A stretch of 64,000 nucleotides of DNA from Desulfatiglandales bacterium (GTDB lineage: Bacteria > Desulfobacterota > DSM-4660 > Desulfatiglandales > Desulfatiglandaceae). A program made the translations under genes and the position numbers. Each line of letters opens with the position of its first letter. Within the stretch, counting starts at the first letter, position 1. The DNA lies in contig OY759599.1 of the NCBI GenBank assembly GCA_963662465.1, forward strand, positions 5,696,001 to 5,760,000. Direction: 5' to 3'. The notes under the pieces were generated by a model that saw nothing but the letters and a program-made list of their open reading frames with translations, was not told the DNA's origin and searched no databases. Below are positions 19,453 through 29,978 of the stretch, piece after piece.

Positions 19453-22400
19453 GGGCGGAGGTCAGAGGTCAGAGGCCAGAAACCAGAGGTCAGAGGACAG
19501 AGGTCAGAGATCCGACTTCCGACCTCCGACTTCTGACTTCCGTCATGGTGGTTATGGCGGTTTTGCTTTCGTGTGCGGGACCCAAAACCGTTGGGCCGGT
19601 TGAAAAAACATCGGAGGCGGTTGATTCGGTGGTTTTTGCCCAAAGGGAGAAAGATCGAAAAGCGCCGCTGCGCCTACCCGTGAACCTGCCCGTTCAAGTG
19701 AGCTTCGAGGCGGATCCCGTGCGGTATGGTGCATTGTCGGGAGACGGAAATACCCTGGCCTATGTTCTGGAGAATCAGAGCGGATCATCCCTTTGGATCC
19801 GACCGAGAGATTTCACCCTTGGGACTCTCCCTCAAAAACGGCTTGAGGGCATGGGTAGAATTTCGGCGCCGGCTTTGTCGCGGGACGGTTCAAGCATCGT
19901 TTTTGTGGCCACGGATCATGATGCCAAGGGCGATATCTTTTTGCTTTCAACCCAAGGGGGATCAGACCCCAAACGACTTACCGGAAGAGACACGGCGGAC
20001 GGGGCGCCTACTTTTTCACCGGACGGCAACCGCATCTATTACCACCGGTTGTTAACGGAAGAAATCTTACCCCACCTGGCCTATATGGATTTGAGCGCCG
20101 GCGCCAAAGGCCCTGAAACCCTTCGAGAGGGGGCCTTTCCTTCCATCTCCCCGGATGGTGAGCGTCTGGCCTTTGTGTCCTTTGAAAAGGATTCCGGCGG
20201 CGACATCCAGGTTCTTGACCTGAAAACCGGGAAAGTGACGCCGGTCACCGCCGGTTCTCCGCAGGATCTGTATCCCACCTGGTCCTTGAATGGAAAATGG
20301 ATCTATTTTTCCCGCTTTGACCTGGATACCAATAAAGACAACGCCGTCATTTGGCGGGCTGCCCCTGATGATGCCGGTCTTTGGGCCTACCCCCTCACAT
20401 CGGAAACCTTTTCCGCCTACCAGCCCATGGCCACGTCATCGGAGTTGCTGTTTCTGTCAAACCGGAACGGCACGGCAAATCTCTGGCGGCTCCCTTCGGG
20501 AGGAGAAATTCCCATCGGCGAAGACGCACCAATCCAGATGGAACGGGCCCGAATCCTGGCCGCCCAAATACCTCAAAAGGATGCCCTGGCCCTATTGGCC
20601 TATTATAAGGTGCTGGAAGACTTCAGTCGGGAGATACACTACGGCGGAAAAACCCTTTATGAGATCGGTAAGCTTTACCAGCGCATGGGGCGAGAGAAGC
20701 AGGCGGTTCAAACCTATGAACGACTGATGAAAGATTTCGGAAACGCCTATCCCGAAAAAGCCCTGGCCGCCATTCGGCTGACGGAGATTCAGGCGGAGAA
20801 TGCCTGGAAAGCGGCGCCCACTGATTTTAAGCGAAAACAGATCCTGTTGAATGCTCAAAATCGCATCCAGGCGCTTTTGAAAACCGGAATCCCTTCACCA
20901 TCGGACACTGATGCTCTGGATTCGGCGCGCATCCGGGCAAGGGGGTTGATGGTTCAAGCCCAATTGCTGGAGGAATTGGACCCAAACCCCGATTCCCTTG
21001 GAAACGCCATTGCGCTTCTGGACCAGGTTGCCGGCATGAAGAATGTGGCATCTGATTTGAGGGCGGAAGCCATATTTCAAAAGGCGCGGATCAACAGCCG
21101 TATGGGGCAGGCCCAGGCGGTAATACCCGCCTACCTTTCCATCGTCACAACATACCCCGATACCCCATGGGCCGACGCCGCGGTAGAGCGGATCATCGAC
21201 AATTTCTTGTCGGATTCTTCTGGAAATACGGTGGAAACCCGGATTCAAGCCCTGGCCCGGCTGGCGGAAACCCATCAAGAATCAGTCCCCAAACTGGCCA
21301 TGGGCGCCTTTAACCGCATGGGAGATGAAGCCTTTGCGGCGGGGGACCGGCAGCAAGCCAAACGATGGTACCGGGAAGTCCTGAACCGGTATGCGATGTC
21401 AACCGGCTCTCCCACAAAAGAGAACCTGCCCCCCACACAGGTGGCAGCAGCCCGGCTGGCCCTGGCTGAAATCCTATACCGGGAAGAGCTCTTCCGCCAA
21501 GCCCTGGATCTCTACGAAACGGAAATGGCCCATCGACCCTATGAAGACCGACTCTATACCCTTGCCCGGGCCGCCTATATCCAAAAATCCCTGGCAGCAG
21601 CCGATTTTCTGTTCAATTTGGGCGAAATTCCGGCGGCCCGCAAACGCTATGGGGATCTCATTCGAGAAAATCCTGACCTTGTTCAGGCCCATCGCGGGTA
21701 TATCAAATGCGCGGCCGCCATGAAACAGATCGACCCTTGTCTGGAACGCTACCGGGCGCAGCTGAAAACAGATCCCGAAAATCCAATCCTCCTCTATGCC
21801 GCGGGCCTCTGCCTCACCTACCGGGAAGGGAAAAAAGCCCATGCCGATGCACGTACGCTCATCACAAAAGCCATTTTGAAACAGGGGCAGACCGCTTACT
21901 TCCACCAGACCCTGGGATACCTCTTCGAGGTATCGGAAACGGTTTATGGTGAACCGGGAGGACTTGAAAAAGCCCTTTTGAGCTATCAGAAGGCCTATTT
22001 TTTAAACAACCCCGAACAAGACCCCCAAAACAGCGCCAACCTGGCCCTCAATCTGGGGAACATCCATTTTCTCCTGGGCCAGTATGGCAGAGCCCTGACA
22101 CGGTACCAGGAGCGGCTTGAATCAAAGGCGCCCTTTGATCATGAGGATACGGAAATCCTCTTTTACCGCCGGTTGGGGGGAGCCGCCTTTCAGATGAATG
22201 ACCCGGCCGTATCCATCGACGCCTACACCCGGGCACTCCAGCTCATCGATGACCGCATCGACCCCGGACGTCCGTCGGAACTCATGGGAAAACTAAATAC
22301 GTTCATTTTCGACCGGATACTGACCCCGGCCTTGAAGCGCTCGAAAAATGCCAAAGATATTGAGGCCATGACCCAACGCCAGCGCCGTATCCATAAAGCG

Positions 22401-25400
22401 TTATTCCATGCCACCGGCCAACCCCATAACGCCCCGCCTGATCCGAGATGGGAATCCTACCGGAAAACCATGGAAACCATCATGGCCGAACAGGAAAAAC
22501 TGATCGGGGACATCGCCCCCCTGATCACCGAAAAAAGGGACGAAACCCCGCAAACGCTTTCTTTCATGCTGACTCGGGCCCGAGACGCCCTTCAATTTCC
22601 GAACCGGATGATTGAACTCAAGGCTGAAATACTGGACCGGCTGGGACTGGCCTGCCAGGAGGCGGGCAAATGGGAAGAAGCGACCGACGCCTTTGAAAAG
22701 GCCTTTCAACTGAACCAGGGCCTGGGCCGGTTAAAGAACCTGGCCGCCAACCGGCGATCCGTGGCCTACAATACCTATATGGCGGCAGGGGATCGATCAG
22801 GAAAGGAAAAAGAGCGTTTGCTCAAAGACGCGCTCAAGCAATTTGAAGAGATGCAAGGCCTGTTGGATCAGTACGGGGTGGTGGACCCGAGCGAAAAAAA
22901 GGCGGGGAGTACATCTCGGGCAGGGGATGGGGAGAGTGCGCTGCTGAAGGTTTCCCTGGATCTGGCCCTGGATAAAACCACCGGTTCCGAGGCTGTTTAC
23001 GGGTTCAGCCCCACCCAGGAAAAACGCCTGGCCCAGGCCTTTATTTCCCGTATTGAAACGGAACTGGGCATGCTGGAAAAGGCCCAAACAGCCATTGATG
23101 GACAACTCCTGCCCTATCACCAGGCAAAGACCGTCAGGGATCAGGATCTCTACGGCGTTTCCCTTCTTTCTCATCGGGACGGGCAGCTGCGGTTTGCACT
23201 GCAGGAACCCAAAAAAGCCTTTTCATCTTTTCAGCGTTCCGCACAACTGGCCTTGAAACTCAAGAACCCGGCGAGCGCCGCCATGAACCTGGAGAACATG
23301 GCTTGGGCCATGGGTAGAATCTCCACCCGGGATCCTGATTATCCATCTCTGAGAGCCGGGCTCGCCACTCTTGATCGAGAGACCATCAGGTTGCTGGAAC
23401 GGGCCCAAGGGGTCCTGGACCCATTGACCCTTCCCCACTATCACAACCGGATGGGGGCTTTGGCGCTGAAACCGGTTTCAATAGACGAAGGGTTGTCCCC
23501 TGAAGGAGCGGCCAGGGACATGATGCTTCTTTCGCGGGCCGGCGCCCATTTTACCCTGGGCCTTACCGCATTGAAAAAAACCGAGGGAAAACGGGGAAAA
23601 TCCGACCGAAAGGCACTGGCACTGGCAGCAGCCCTTCAGTTAAACATGGCCCATGTGGCTCTCGATTTTGATGAAAGAGAAACCGCGAAAGCCCACGCAA
23701 AAAGCGCCCTGGAAATTGCCGGAAGGGGCCTGCTCCCCCAATATGAATGGCGCGCGCTGGTCATCCTGGGGGATCTTACCGCGGCGCTGAAATCCCTTTC
23801 ATCGGCGCCACTGGCAGATGCCGGTTGCGCTCCCGGCGAAATCCGGACCGCCTTTGCCCCTATGGTGCTTTCACTGATTCAAAAGGAAAAGGCGGAAGAC
23901 GCGTTGAATTTGCTTGAGCGGTTATCGGAACTGGAGCGGTTTCACCGCATGGCCCCCATGGTGAGTGCCCAGGTTTCACCTTCGGAACAGGCTCGCCTGC
24001 TAGAGATCTTTCCCCGGCTCATGACCCTTTTGCGCCTCAGGGAACAACTGAAAGGGGCTGAAGAGGAGGAAAAACCCCACCTAGCGGAGCGGATCCGGCA
24101 GGAGCGGACCCTTCTGGATGAAGATTCAGGCAAAAAAGAAAATACGGTTAAATTGCCGGCCCTGCTCACCCGATCGGAAACTCTGCGGGAACAATTGGTG
24201 TTGTTGCTGGGTTTGGCCTGTGAAATTGAGCGGGTGGCAACCCTGGCTGTTGTCAATTCTTCTGAAGAGAGTGATAACCCACAAAAGACGCTATACCGGG
24301 AACTGATGACCCTGTACCCTCAAATATGGAAGGAAATTAAGCGGGTTTCGGCAAGGGAAGGCACCCCCGGCGTGGCGGCCCTTTTCGGCCCGGACCCCGT
24401 GGAGGCCATCGATCTCATGGAAAACCTGCCCAAGGGGGGGCATGCCGTACGGCTCTTTGAAAAAGACTCTTCCGGAAAGGGTTGGACGGTCTTTGTGGTA
24501 ACAGAAGATGATATTTCCGTAGAGACAACGACCTTGTCTCTACAGCCCCCCCCATCCACCCTCCTCATTTACGAAGACCCGTGGGTATTGCCTTCCGGAC
24601 AATGCCCCGTGGCCCTCAGCGCCACCCATCTGGTTCGATCGGTGGCAAATCGAAAACCCTTTAAACGCCGGATGGTGGAACTGGCAGGCCCTTACAAACT
24701 CCCTTCGGATTTTGATGTGACCCTGTTGCCCGCATCAGCGGATCAGGAGGCGATTTCAGAAGCCCTGCCCGGGGCACAGGGGCTTTTGCTGGGCGGTCCT
24801 GTTTATACGGCTAACTCGGTTCCCACAAGACCGGGAGAGGTTCCCGTATACCAGCCGGCCATGGGGCTGGACCAAGGCCGAACCCTTCCCCTGCTAACCC
24901 TCTTCGACCGGCTTTCAGATGTTTCCCTGGCCATGCTCCCCCGGGCTGACGCCGAAGAAACCTACATGTTGGGGCACCTCTTTTCCCTGATGGGGGTTCC
25001 CACCCTGCTGCTGCCCCGCAACCCTTCAAACCCTTCTCCGGTGGTACCCCTTTTTTTTGAAGCCTATGGCAAAAATCCGGTCTACAACGCCCTGATGACG
25101 GCCCTCAAAAAAACAGAAGGTCGGAGGACACTCTGGGTTAACCTGGGGTACTGGGGCATGACCGAGGCGGAGGCCCTGATTCTGGCCGAACGTCGGTTCA
25201 AGGAATATGTTCAAAAGGGCATTTCGGCGTTTAAGAAAAAAGAGCCCGTTTATGCCCTGGTTCTTTTTGAAAAAGCGCTGATGGTGGCCCGGCAGGTTCA
25301 AGTGCTTTCGCGCTATGAACCCCAACTTCTGGTGTATGCCCGTGAAAGCGCCTATGCCGGCGGCCGTTACGAAAGTGCGGTTCAACATGCCCGGGATCTA

Positions 25401-28046
25401 GTCAAATTCTGGGCCCGAAAGAAGCCCGATTCCAAGGATCAGGCGGAGGCCCTGGTGAAACTCGGATTGGTTCTGGCCCGCATAGAACAATACGACCGGT
25501 CTATTGCCGCCCTGGAAGAAGGGACCGAGATCATGGCCAATCTGGAACTGGCGGATTTACAGGTGGCGGCCTTAAATGACCTGGGGGTGGTCCTGGAAAA
25601 CGCCACCCATTACAACCGGGCCCTGACGCAGTTTCAAACCGCGGCGGATCTCAGCCGAAACCCGGACAAAAAGGGGGCACTGGCCCGACAGCACATGCGC
25701 ATGGGTCGGGTTTATGACCTCAGACTGAGCCAATATCCAAAGGCAAAAATCCACTACCTGAAAGCTTGCGCCCTTTATGAAACCCTGAACGACACCGAAA
25801 ACATGGCCCAGGCCCTCCTGGATGCCGGTCGATGTGACCGGCTGCTGGGGAATTTCAAAGAGGCCGAAAACCAGTATGAAAAAGCCCTGGCGCTTCTTGA
25901 CAAAGGAAAAGAAGGGTTGAACGCCGAAAATCAAATCATGGCGGGCATCCTAATGGAACAGACCAATAACCACTGGTTTCAAGCCCGTTACCAGGATGCC
26001 TGGAAGGGGCAACGGCAGGTTCACGAAATGGCCGTGAAAAATCGGTGGACACTGGAAGAGGTCAACAGCCTGAACACCGCCGGTCTGATCTGGTGGACCC
26101 TGGGAAATCACCCTTCGGCCCTGCGCCAATTGGAAGAAGCCCTGGCCCTGGCCAAAACCCTTCACGTCAGAAGAGATGAAGTCGCCGCCACCCTCAACAA
26201 TATGGGGCTGGTATATCGGGACGCAGGCGATTACGAAAAGGCCCTGGCGGCCCTGGAACAGGCCCTTGCCATCGACCGCAACATCAACTCCAAATGGGCC
26301 ATTGCCTATGATCTTAAGAACCTGGGGTTAACCCGACTGGCCATGGGAGAAGCGGAAAAAGCCCTTCCCCTGTTTCAGGAAGCACTGGAACTCGCCCGAC
26401 AAATCGGAAACCGCATTAATCAGGCCAAGATCCTGGTGGCATACGGCGAGGCCCTGATGACCCTGGATCGGTCTGAAGAGGCCAACGCCCGGTTCACTCA
26501 AGCCCTTGATCTTTCCCGCCAAATGGCCCTTCGCGAAGTGGAGTGGCGGGCCCTTTTCGGGTTGGGCCAACTTCAGCTCAAAGAGGGAAAGAAAGCCGAA
26601 GCCAGGGTGTTGCTGGAATCCGCCGTGAAAGTGATTGAAGGCATGCGGGCCGAGATCAAGCTGGATCAGCTGAAGGATGGGTTTATCAATAATAAAATGG
26701 CCGTCTATGAAACCCTGGTGGGTCTGTTGGTGGATATGGGGCATAATTCAGAGGCGTTTTACGTTGCGGAACGCTCCAGGGCCCGGAACCTCATCGATCT
26801 TTTGGGCAACCAGCGGCTCACCCTCCATGGGGCCGTCAATCAGGATCGCTATGATACGGAAAAGCGTCTCAAAACTCAGATGGCCGAGTATGAAACCCTG
26901 ATGGCCCAGGCCGCGGACGCAAATGAAAAAGCCGTTTATCAAAAGGCATTGGATCAAACCCGGGACAAGCACCGGGATCTCATGCTGGAAATTCAGCTCA
27001 AAAACCCCGAACTGGCTTCCATCCTGTCGGTGGATCCCCTGACCCTTTCACAGGTGCAAAAGTTCCTGAAACCGGAAACCGCCATCCTGGCCTACTATGT
27101 TCTTCCCGATGAAATACTCTGCTGGTTCATCACCCGCGACGGGATGGAACTTTTTAAAACCCCTCTGGGCCGCAAAACCCTGGCCCAAAAGGTTCTGGAC
27201 TATCGGCGCACCCTTCAAAACCTGGAGCCTCCCGAGGCCGAGGCCGGGGAACTCTACACATGGCTGCTTGCCCCCTTGAAAGACCGGTTGAAAACCGTCA
27301 AAACCATTGGGGTCGTGCCCCACCATATCCTTCATCATCTATCCTTTGCCACCCTGTTTGACGGAAAACAATACCTGGTGGACCGTTTTCCCCTGTTCTC
27401 CATCCCCAGCGCAAGCGTGCTTCGCCATACCCAGCAGACCCTGCCGCCGGAGAAAAACACAAAGGTTCTGGCCGTGGGCAACCCGGATCTAAACAATCCG
27501 GCCCTCGCCCTTCCCTTTGCGGAAAAAGAGGTGTCTACCATCGGGTGGAACTTCCCCCATGTAACCGTACTCACGGGAAATAAGGCGACGGAGGGGTGGG
27601 TGGTCCGCAACATATCGGATTTCGGCATCATTCACCTGGCTTCTCATGGGACGTTCGATCCCGTCAACCCGCTTTTTTCCGCCATCAAACTGGCGCAAGA
27701 CGGTCAGGACGACGGCGATCTTCGGGCTTCCGAGGTGTTCGGCCTCGATATCCGGGCAAACCTCGTGATGCTGAGCGCCTGCCAGACGGGCCTGGGCAAA
27801 ATCACCAGCGGCGATGATGTGATCGGCATGAACCGGGCCTTTCTCTATGCAGGCACCAACGCCGTCATGAGCAGCCTGTGGCGGGTGAGCGATATCTCAA
27901 CAGCCCTTCTGGTGAAGCAATTTTACAGGGAATACCAAAACCGGCCCAAGGCCGAAAGCCTGAACAGGGCCATGCGCCATGTGAAAAACCGATACCCCCA
28001 CCCTGGTTACTGGGGGGCCTTCGTGCTGGTGGGGGACTATCGGTGA
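19434..28046 (+). CDS. Giant predicted lipoprotein: PD40/TolB-like beta-propeller + TPR arrays + degenerate CHAT-like domain + TPR + active CHAT (caspase-like) protease
   Basis: GTG start after GGAGGAGG. Lipobox-like VMAVLLSC. PD40 repeats PALSRDG, PTFSPDG, PSISPDG and PTWSLNG. Many TPRs. CHAT motifs AERSRAR, IIHLASHG, LVMLSACQTG, SSLWRVSD and HPGYWGAF. Confidence 0.9.
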   Translation: MDDDALRAEVRGQRPETRGQRTEVRDPTSDLRLLTSVMVVMAVLLSCAGPKTVGPVEKTSEAVDSVVFAQREKDRKAPLRLPVNLPVQVSFEADPVRYGALSGDGNTLAYVLENQSGSSLWIRPRDFTLGTLPQKRLEGMGRISAPALSRDGSSIVFVATDHDAKGDIFLLSTQGGSDPKRLTGRDTADGAPTFSPDGNRIYYHRLLTEEILPHLAYMDLSAGAKGPETLREGAFPSISPDGERLAFVSFEKDSGGDIQVLDLKTGKVTPVTAGSPQDLYPTWSLNGKWIYFSRFDLDTNKDNAVIWRAAPDDAGLWAYPLTSETFSAYQPMATSSELLFLSNRNGTANLWRLPSGGEIPIGEDAPIQMERARILAAQIPQKDALALLAYYKVLEDFSREIHYGGKTLYEIGKLYQRMGREKQAVQTYERLMKDFGNAYPEKALAAIRLTEIQAENAWKAAPTDFKRKQILLNAQNRIQALLKTGIPSPSDTDALDSARIRARGLMVQAQLLEELDPNPDSLGNAIALLDQVAGMKNVASDLRAEAIFQKARINSRMGQAQAVIPAYLSIVTTYPDTPWADAAVERIIDNFLSDSSGNTVETRIQALARLAETHQESVPKLAMGAFNRMGDEAFAAGDRQQAKRWYREVLNRYAMSTGSPTKENLPPTQVAAARLALAEILYREELFRQALDLYETEMAHRPYEDRLYTLARAAYIQKSLAAADFLFNLGEIPAARKRYGDLIRENPDLVQAHRGYIKCAAAMKQIDPCLERYRAQLKTDPENPILLYAAGLCLTYREGKKAHADARTLITKAILKQGQTAYFHQTLGYLFEVSETVYGEPGGLEKALLSYQKAYFLNNPEQDPQNSANLALNLGNIHFLLGQYGRALTRYQERLESKAPFDHEDTEILFYRRLGGAAFQMNDPAVSIDAYTRALQLIDDRIDPGRPSELMGKLNTFIFDRILTPALKRSKNAKDIEAMTQRQRRIHKALFHATGQPHNAPPDPRWESYRKTMETIMAEQEKLIGDIAPLITEKRDETPQTLSFMLTRARDALQFPNRMIELKAEILDRLGLACQEAGKWEEATDAFEKAFQLNQGLGRLKNLAANRRSVAYNTYMAAGDRSGKEKERLLKDALKQFEEMQGLLDQYGVVDPSEKKAGSTSRAGDGESALLKVSLDLALDKTTGSEAVYGFSPTQEKRLAQAFISRIETELGMLEKAQTAIDGQLLPYHQAKTVRDQDLYGVSLLSHRDGQLRFALQEPKKAFSSFQRSAQLALKLKNPASAAMNLENMAWAMGRISTRDPDYPSLRAGLATLDRETIRLLERAQGVLDPLTLPHYHNRMGALALKPVSIDEGLSPEGAARDMMLLSRAGAHFTLGLTALKKTEGKRGKSDRKALALAAALQLNMAHVALDFDERETAKAHAKSALEIAGRGLLPQYEWRALVILGDLTAALKSLSSAPLADAGCAPGEIRTAFAPMVLSLIQKEKAEDALNLLERLSELERFHRMAPMVSAQVSPSEQARLLEIFPRLMTLLRLREQLKGAEEEEKPHLAERIRQERTLLDEDSGKKENTVKLPALLTRSETLREQLVLLLGLACEIERVATLAVVNSSEESDNPQKTLYRELMTLYPQIWKEIKRVSAREGTPGVAALFGPDPVEAIDLMENLPKGGHAVRLFEKDSSGKGWTVFVVTEDDISVETTTLSLQPPPSTLLIYEDPWVLPSGQCPVALSATHLVRSVANRKPFKRRMVELAGPYKLPSDFDVTLLPASADQEAISEALPGAQGLLLGGPVYTANSVPTRPGEVPVYQPAMGLDQGRTLPLLTLFDRLSDVSLAMLPRADAEETYMLGHLFSLMGVPTLLLPRNPSNPSPVVPLFFEAYGKNPVYNALMTALKKTEGRRTLWVNLGYWGMTEAEALILAERRFKEYVQKGISAFKKKEPVYALVLFEKALMVARQVQVLSRYEPQLLVYARESAYAGGRYESAVQHARDLVKFWARKKPDSKDQAEALVKLGLVLARIEQYDRSIAALEEGTEIMANLELADLQVAALNDLGVVLENATHYNRALTQFQTAADLSRNPDKKGALARQHMRMGRVYDLRLSQYPKAKIHYLKACALYETLNDTENMAQALLDAGRCDRLLGNFKEAENQYEKALALLDKGKEGLNAENQIMAGILMEQTNNHWFQARYQDAWKGQRQVHEMAVKNRWTLEEVNSLNTAGLIWWTLGNHPSALRQLEEALALAKTLHVRRDEVAATLNNMGLVYRDAGDYEKALAALEQALAIDRNINSKWAIAYDLKNLGLTRLAMGEAEKALPLFQEALELARQIGNRINQAKILVAYGEALMTLDRSEEANARFTQALDLSRQMALREVEWRALFGLGQLQLKEGKKAEARVLLESAVKVIEGMRAEIKLDQLKDGFINNKMAVYETLVGLLVDMGHNSEAFYVAERSRARNLIDLLGNQRLTLHGAVNQDRYDTEKRLKTQMAEYETLMAQAADANEKAVYQKALDQTRDKHRDLMLEIQLKNPELASILSVDPLTLSQVQKFLKPETAILAYYVLPDEILCWFITRDGMELFKTPLGRKTLAQKVLDYRRTLQNLEPPEAEAGELYTWLLAPLKDRLKTVKTIGVVPHHILHHLSFATLFDGKQYLVDRFPLFSIPSASVLRHTQQTLPPEKNTKVLAVGNPDLNNPALALPFAEKEVSTIGWNFPHVTVLTGNKATEGWVVRNISDFGIIHLASHGTFDPVNPLFSAIKLAQDGQDDGDLRASEVFGLDIRANLVMLSACQTGLGKITSGDDVIGMNRAFLYAGTNAVMSSLWRVSDISTALLVKQFYREYQNRPKAESLNRAMRHVKNRYPHPGYWGAFVLVGDYR
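19457..19541. repeat. Heptamer tandem repeat followed by its inverted copies
   Basis: About 7 (AGAGGTC)-like units followed by about 4 (TCCGACT/TCCGACC/TCTGACT) units. It can fold into a long hairpin and lies in the 5' end of the CHAT gene. Confidence 0.85.
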
Positions 28047-28229
28047 GGCATTGATCATCGTTCCGGTCACCCGGCAATAAATTGCCGACCTATTTTCTGT
28101 TGCCCCGATCTTTACAACCTGTAAAAAGCGCTGACATGTTTGTTGCGCCCATTTTCTGCTTTCCAGCCTTTTCATTCAAATAAATTCTATTATTACAACA
28201 ACATAAAGATCTCTAACCTCAACTTTCCA

Positions 28230-28245
28230 TTGGCATGAACATTGC
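28230..28245 (+). promoter_or_regulatory. Sigma54 (-24/-12) promoter of the kinase-DASS cluster
   Basis: TTGGCATGAACATTGC: GG and GC are separated by exactly 10 nt. An AT-rich stretch and TGT...ACA dyads lie upstream (~28110-28140). Confidence 0.7.
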
Positions 28246-28283
28246 CTTAAGGGTTTTGGTAACTCACAACGGAAGGGAATGCC

Positions 28284-29978
28284 ATGAAAAAACCAAACTA
28301 CGTAAATTTAAGGCGCTCCATACTGACCAGCATGATTCTCATTCCGCTGGTCACGCTGGTCCTGATTCTGGGTTTCGGCTACTATTTTTTTATCACATCG
28401 CTGGAATCCACCACCATTGAAACAGTTAAACGCATCGTCTCGGACCACCGGCACATGATTGATTCGTTTCTCATGAACCGCAAGGCAAACCTGGACTTTG
28501 TCCTCAGTTCCTACCGGCTTGAAGCGTTGGCGGATCCAAAGGAACTGGAAGAAATTCTTTCCCATTTGCAGAAGGAGTCAAGTGCCTTCGTGGACCTTGG
28601 TGTTTTTAATGCCGACGGAATTCACATCAACTACCAGGGACCCTACAAACTGGCGGGAAGAGATTACGCACAGTCTCCCTGGTTTAAAGAGGTCATGCAA
28701 AAGGGACAATACATCAGCGACGTCTTTCTGGGCTACCGGCGCATACCCCATTTCATCATCGCCCTGAAAAGGGAGGCGGAAGGAAAAATCTGGGTGATTC
28801 GTTCCACCATTGATACACACATTTTTAATGATCTAGTGGAAAAGGTGCGCATTGGAAAAACCGGTGAAGCCTATCTCCTGAACATGGACGGTATCTTCCA
28901 GACCGAGCGTCGTTCAGGCGGCAATCTCATGGAGAAAGATTCTGAAATTATTTCCAAACCACCCCTTCATGACGGTATCAAAGCATCAATCGAAAAAGAT
29001 GCCAAGGGTGATTCCTACCTCTATGCCACCACCTGGCTCAAGGAAAAAAACTGGTTGCTGGTGGTCCGACAGGCCAAGGAAGATGCGTTTAAAGCTCTTT
29101 ACACCGCCAGTTACGTGATAGCCCTCATTACGATTATCGGCGGCGCCGCCATTATCGGTCTTGCCCTGATCCTGACCACCCGCATTATCAGGCGCATGGA
29201 ATGGATGGATGAGGAAAAAGAACAGCTGAACGGGCAATTGATCCGGGCCAGCCGGTTAGCGGAACTGGGGGAGATGGCCACCGGCTTTGCCCATGAAATC
29301 AACAACCCCCTCCAAATCATGAAAAGCGAAAAAGCCCTCGTAGACGTTCTGCTGGAGGAGGTGAAGGAAAAATGCGAACCGGCGTCTTCACCTACCCTTT
29401 CGGAGCTGGAAGATTCCATTGGCCAGATCGATCTTCAAATCAATCGTTGCGCTCAGATTACCCAGTCCATTTTGAAATTCGGACGTCAGAGCGAACCGGT
29501 TTTTCAAAAGGTGACCTTGCAGGATTTCATTCCGGAAGTGACGTCAATGGTGAAAAATAAAGCCAATGTGCATGGTATTTCCCTGAGCCTCACAATCGAT
29601 GTGGATACGCCTGCCGTCCACGGGGACCCGGGGCAACTTCAGCAGGTCCTGCTGAATTTATACAACAACGCCATGGACGCCATTCTTTCAAGGCATGGGG
29701 TCGAGGGGGGGGAACTGGCGGTGGGCGCCGGCGTCAGGGAAGACGGCAAGGTGGCCATTTTTGTACGGGACAACGGCAGCGGCATCAGTATTGAAAACCG
29801 GAAAAAGATTTTCAGTCCGTTTTTTACCACCAAGCCGGTGGGAAAGGGAACGGGTCTGGGTCTTTCCGTATGTTACGGCATTATTGACAAGATGGGCGGG
29901 TTTATTGAAATGGACAGTGAAAAGGGGGTTGGCACAACCTTCACCATTGTCCTTCCGTCATCAAAAGGGGGGAAGTAA
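28284..29978 (+). CDS. Cache-domain sensor histidine kinase
   Basis: Two TM helices around a periplasmic Cache-like domain. H-box AHEINNPL, N-box [14 protein letters not shown] and [15 protein letters not shown]. Confidence 0.93.
   Translation: MKKPNYVNLRRSILTSMILIPLVTLVLILGFGYYFFITSLESTTIETVKRIVSDHRHMIDSFLMNRKANLDFVLSSYRLEALADPKELEEILSHLQKESSAFVDLGVFNADGIHINYQGPYKLAGRDYAQSPWFKEVMQKGQYISDVFLGYRRIPHFIIALKREAEGKIWVIRSTIDTHIFNDLVEKVRIGKTGEAYLLNMDGIFQTERRSGGNLMEKDSEIISKPPLHDGIKASIEKDAKGDSYLYATTWLKEKNWLLVVRQAKEDAFKALYTASYVIALITIIGGAAIIGLALILTTRIIRRMEWMDEEKEQLNGQLIRASRLAELGEMATGFAHEINNPLQIMKSEKALVDVLLEEVKEKCEPASSPTLSELEDSIGQIDLQINRCAQITQSILKFGRQSEPVFQKVTLQDFIPEVTSMVKNKANVHGISLSLTIDVDTPAVHGDPGQLQQVLLNLYNNAMDAILSRHGVEGGELAVGAGVREDGKVAIFVRDNGSGISIENRKKIFSPFFTTKPVGKGTGLGLSVCYGIIDKMGGFIEMDSEKGVGTTFTIVLPSSKGGK

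Noticed and set aside
19434..28046. TPR-CHAT protein as a CRISPR type III-E Csx29-like or other antiphage effector
   Set aside because: There are no cas genes or array in the window, and the protein has an export signal and envelope-gene context.
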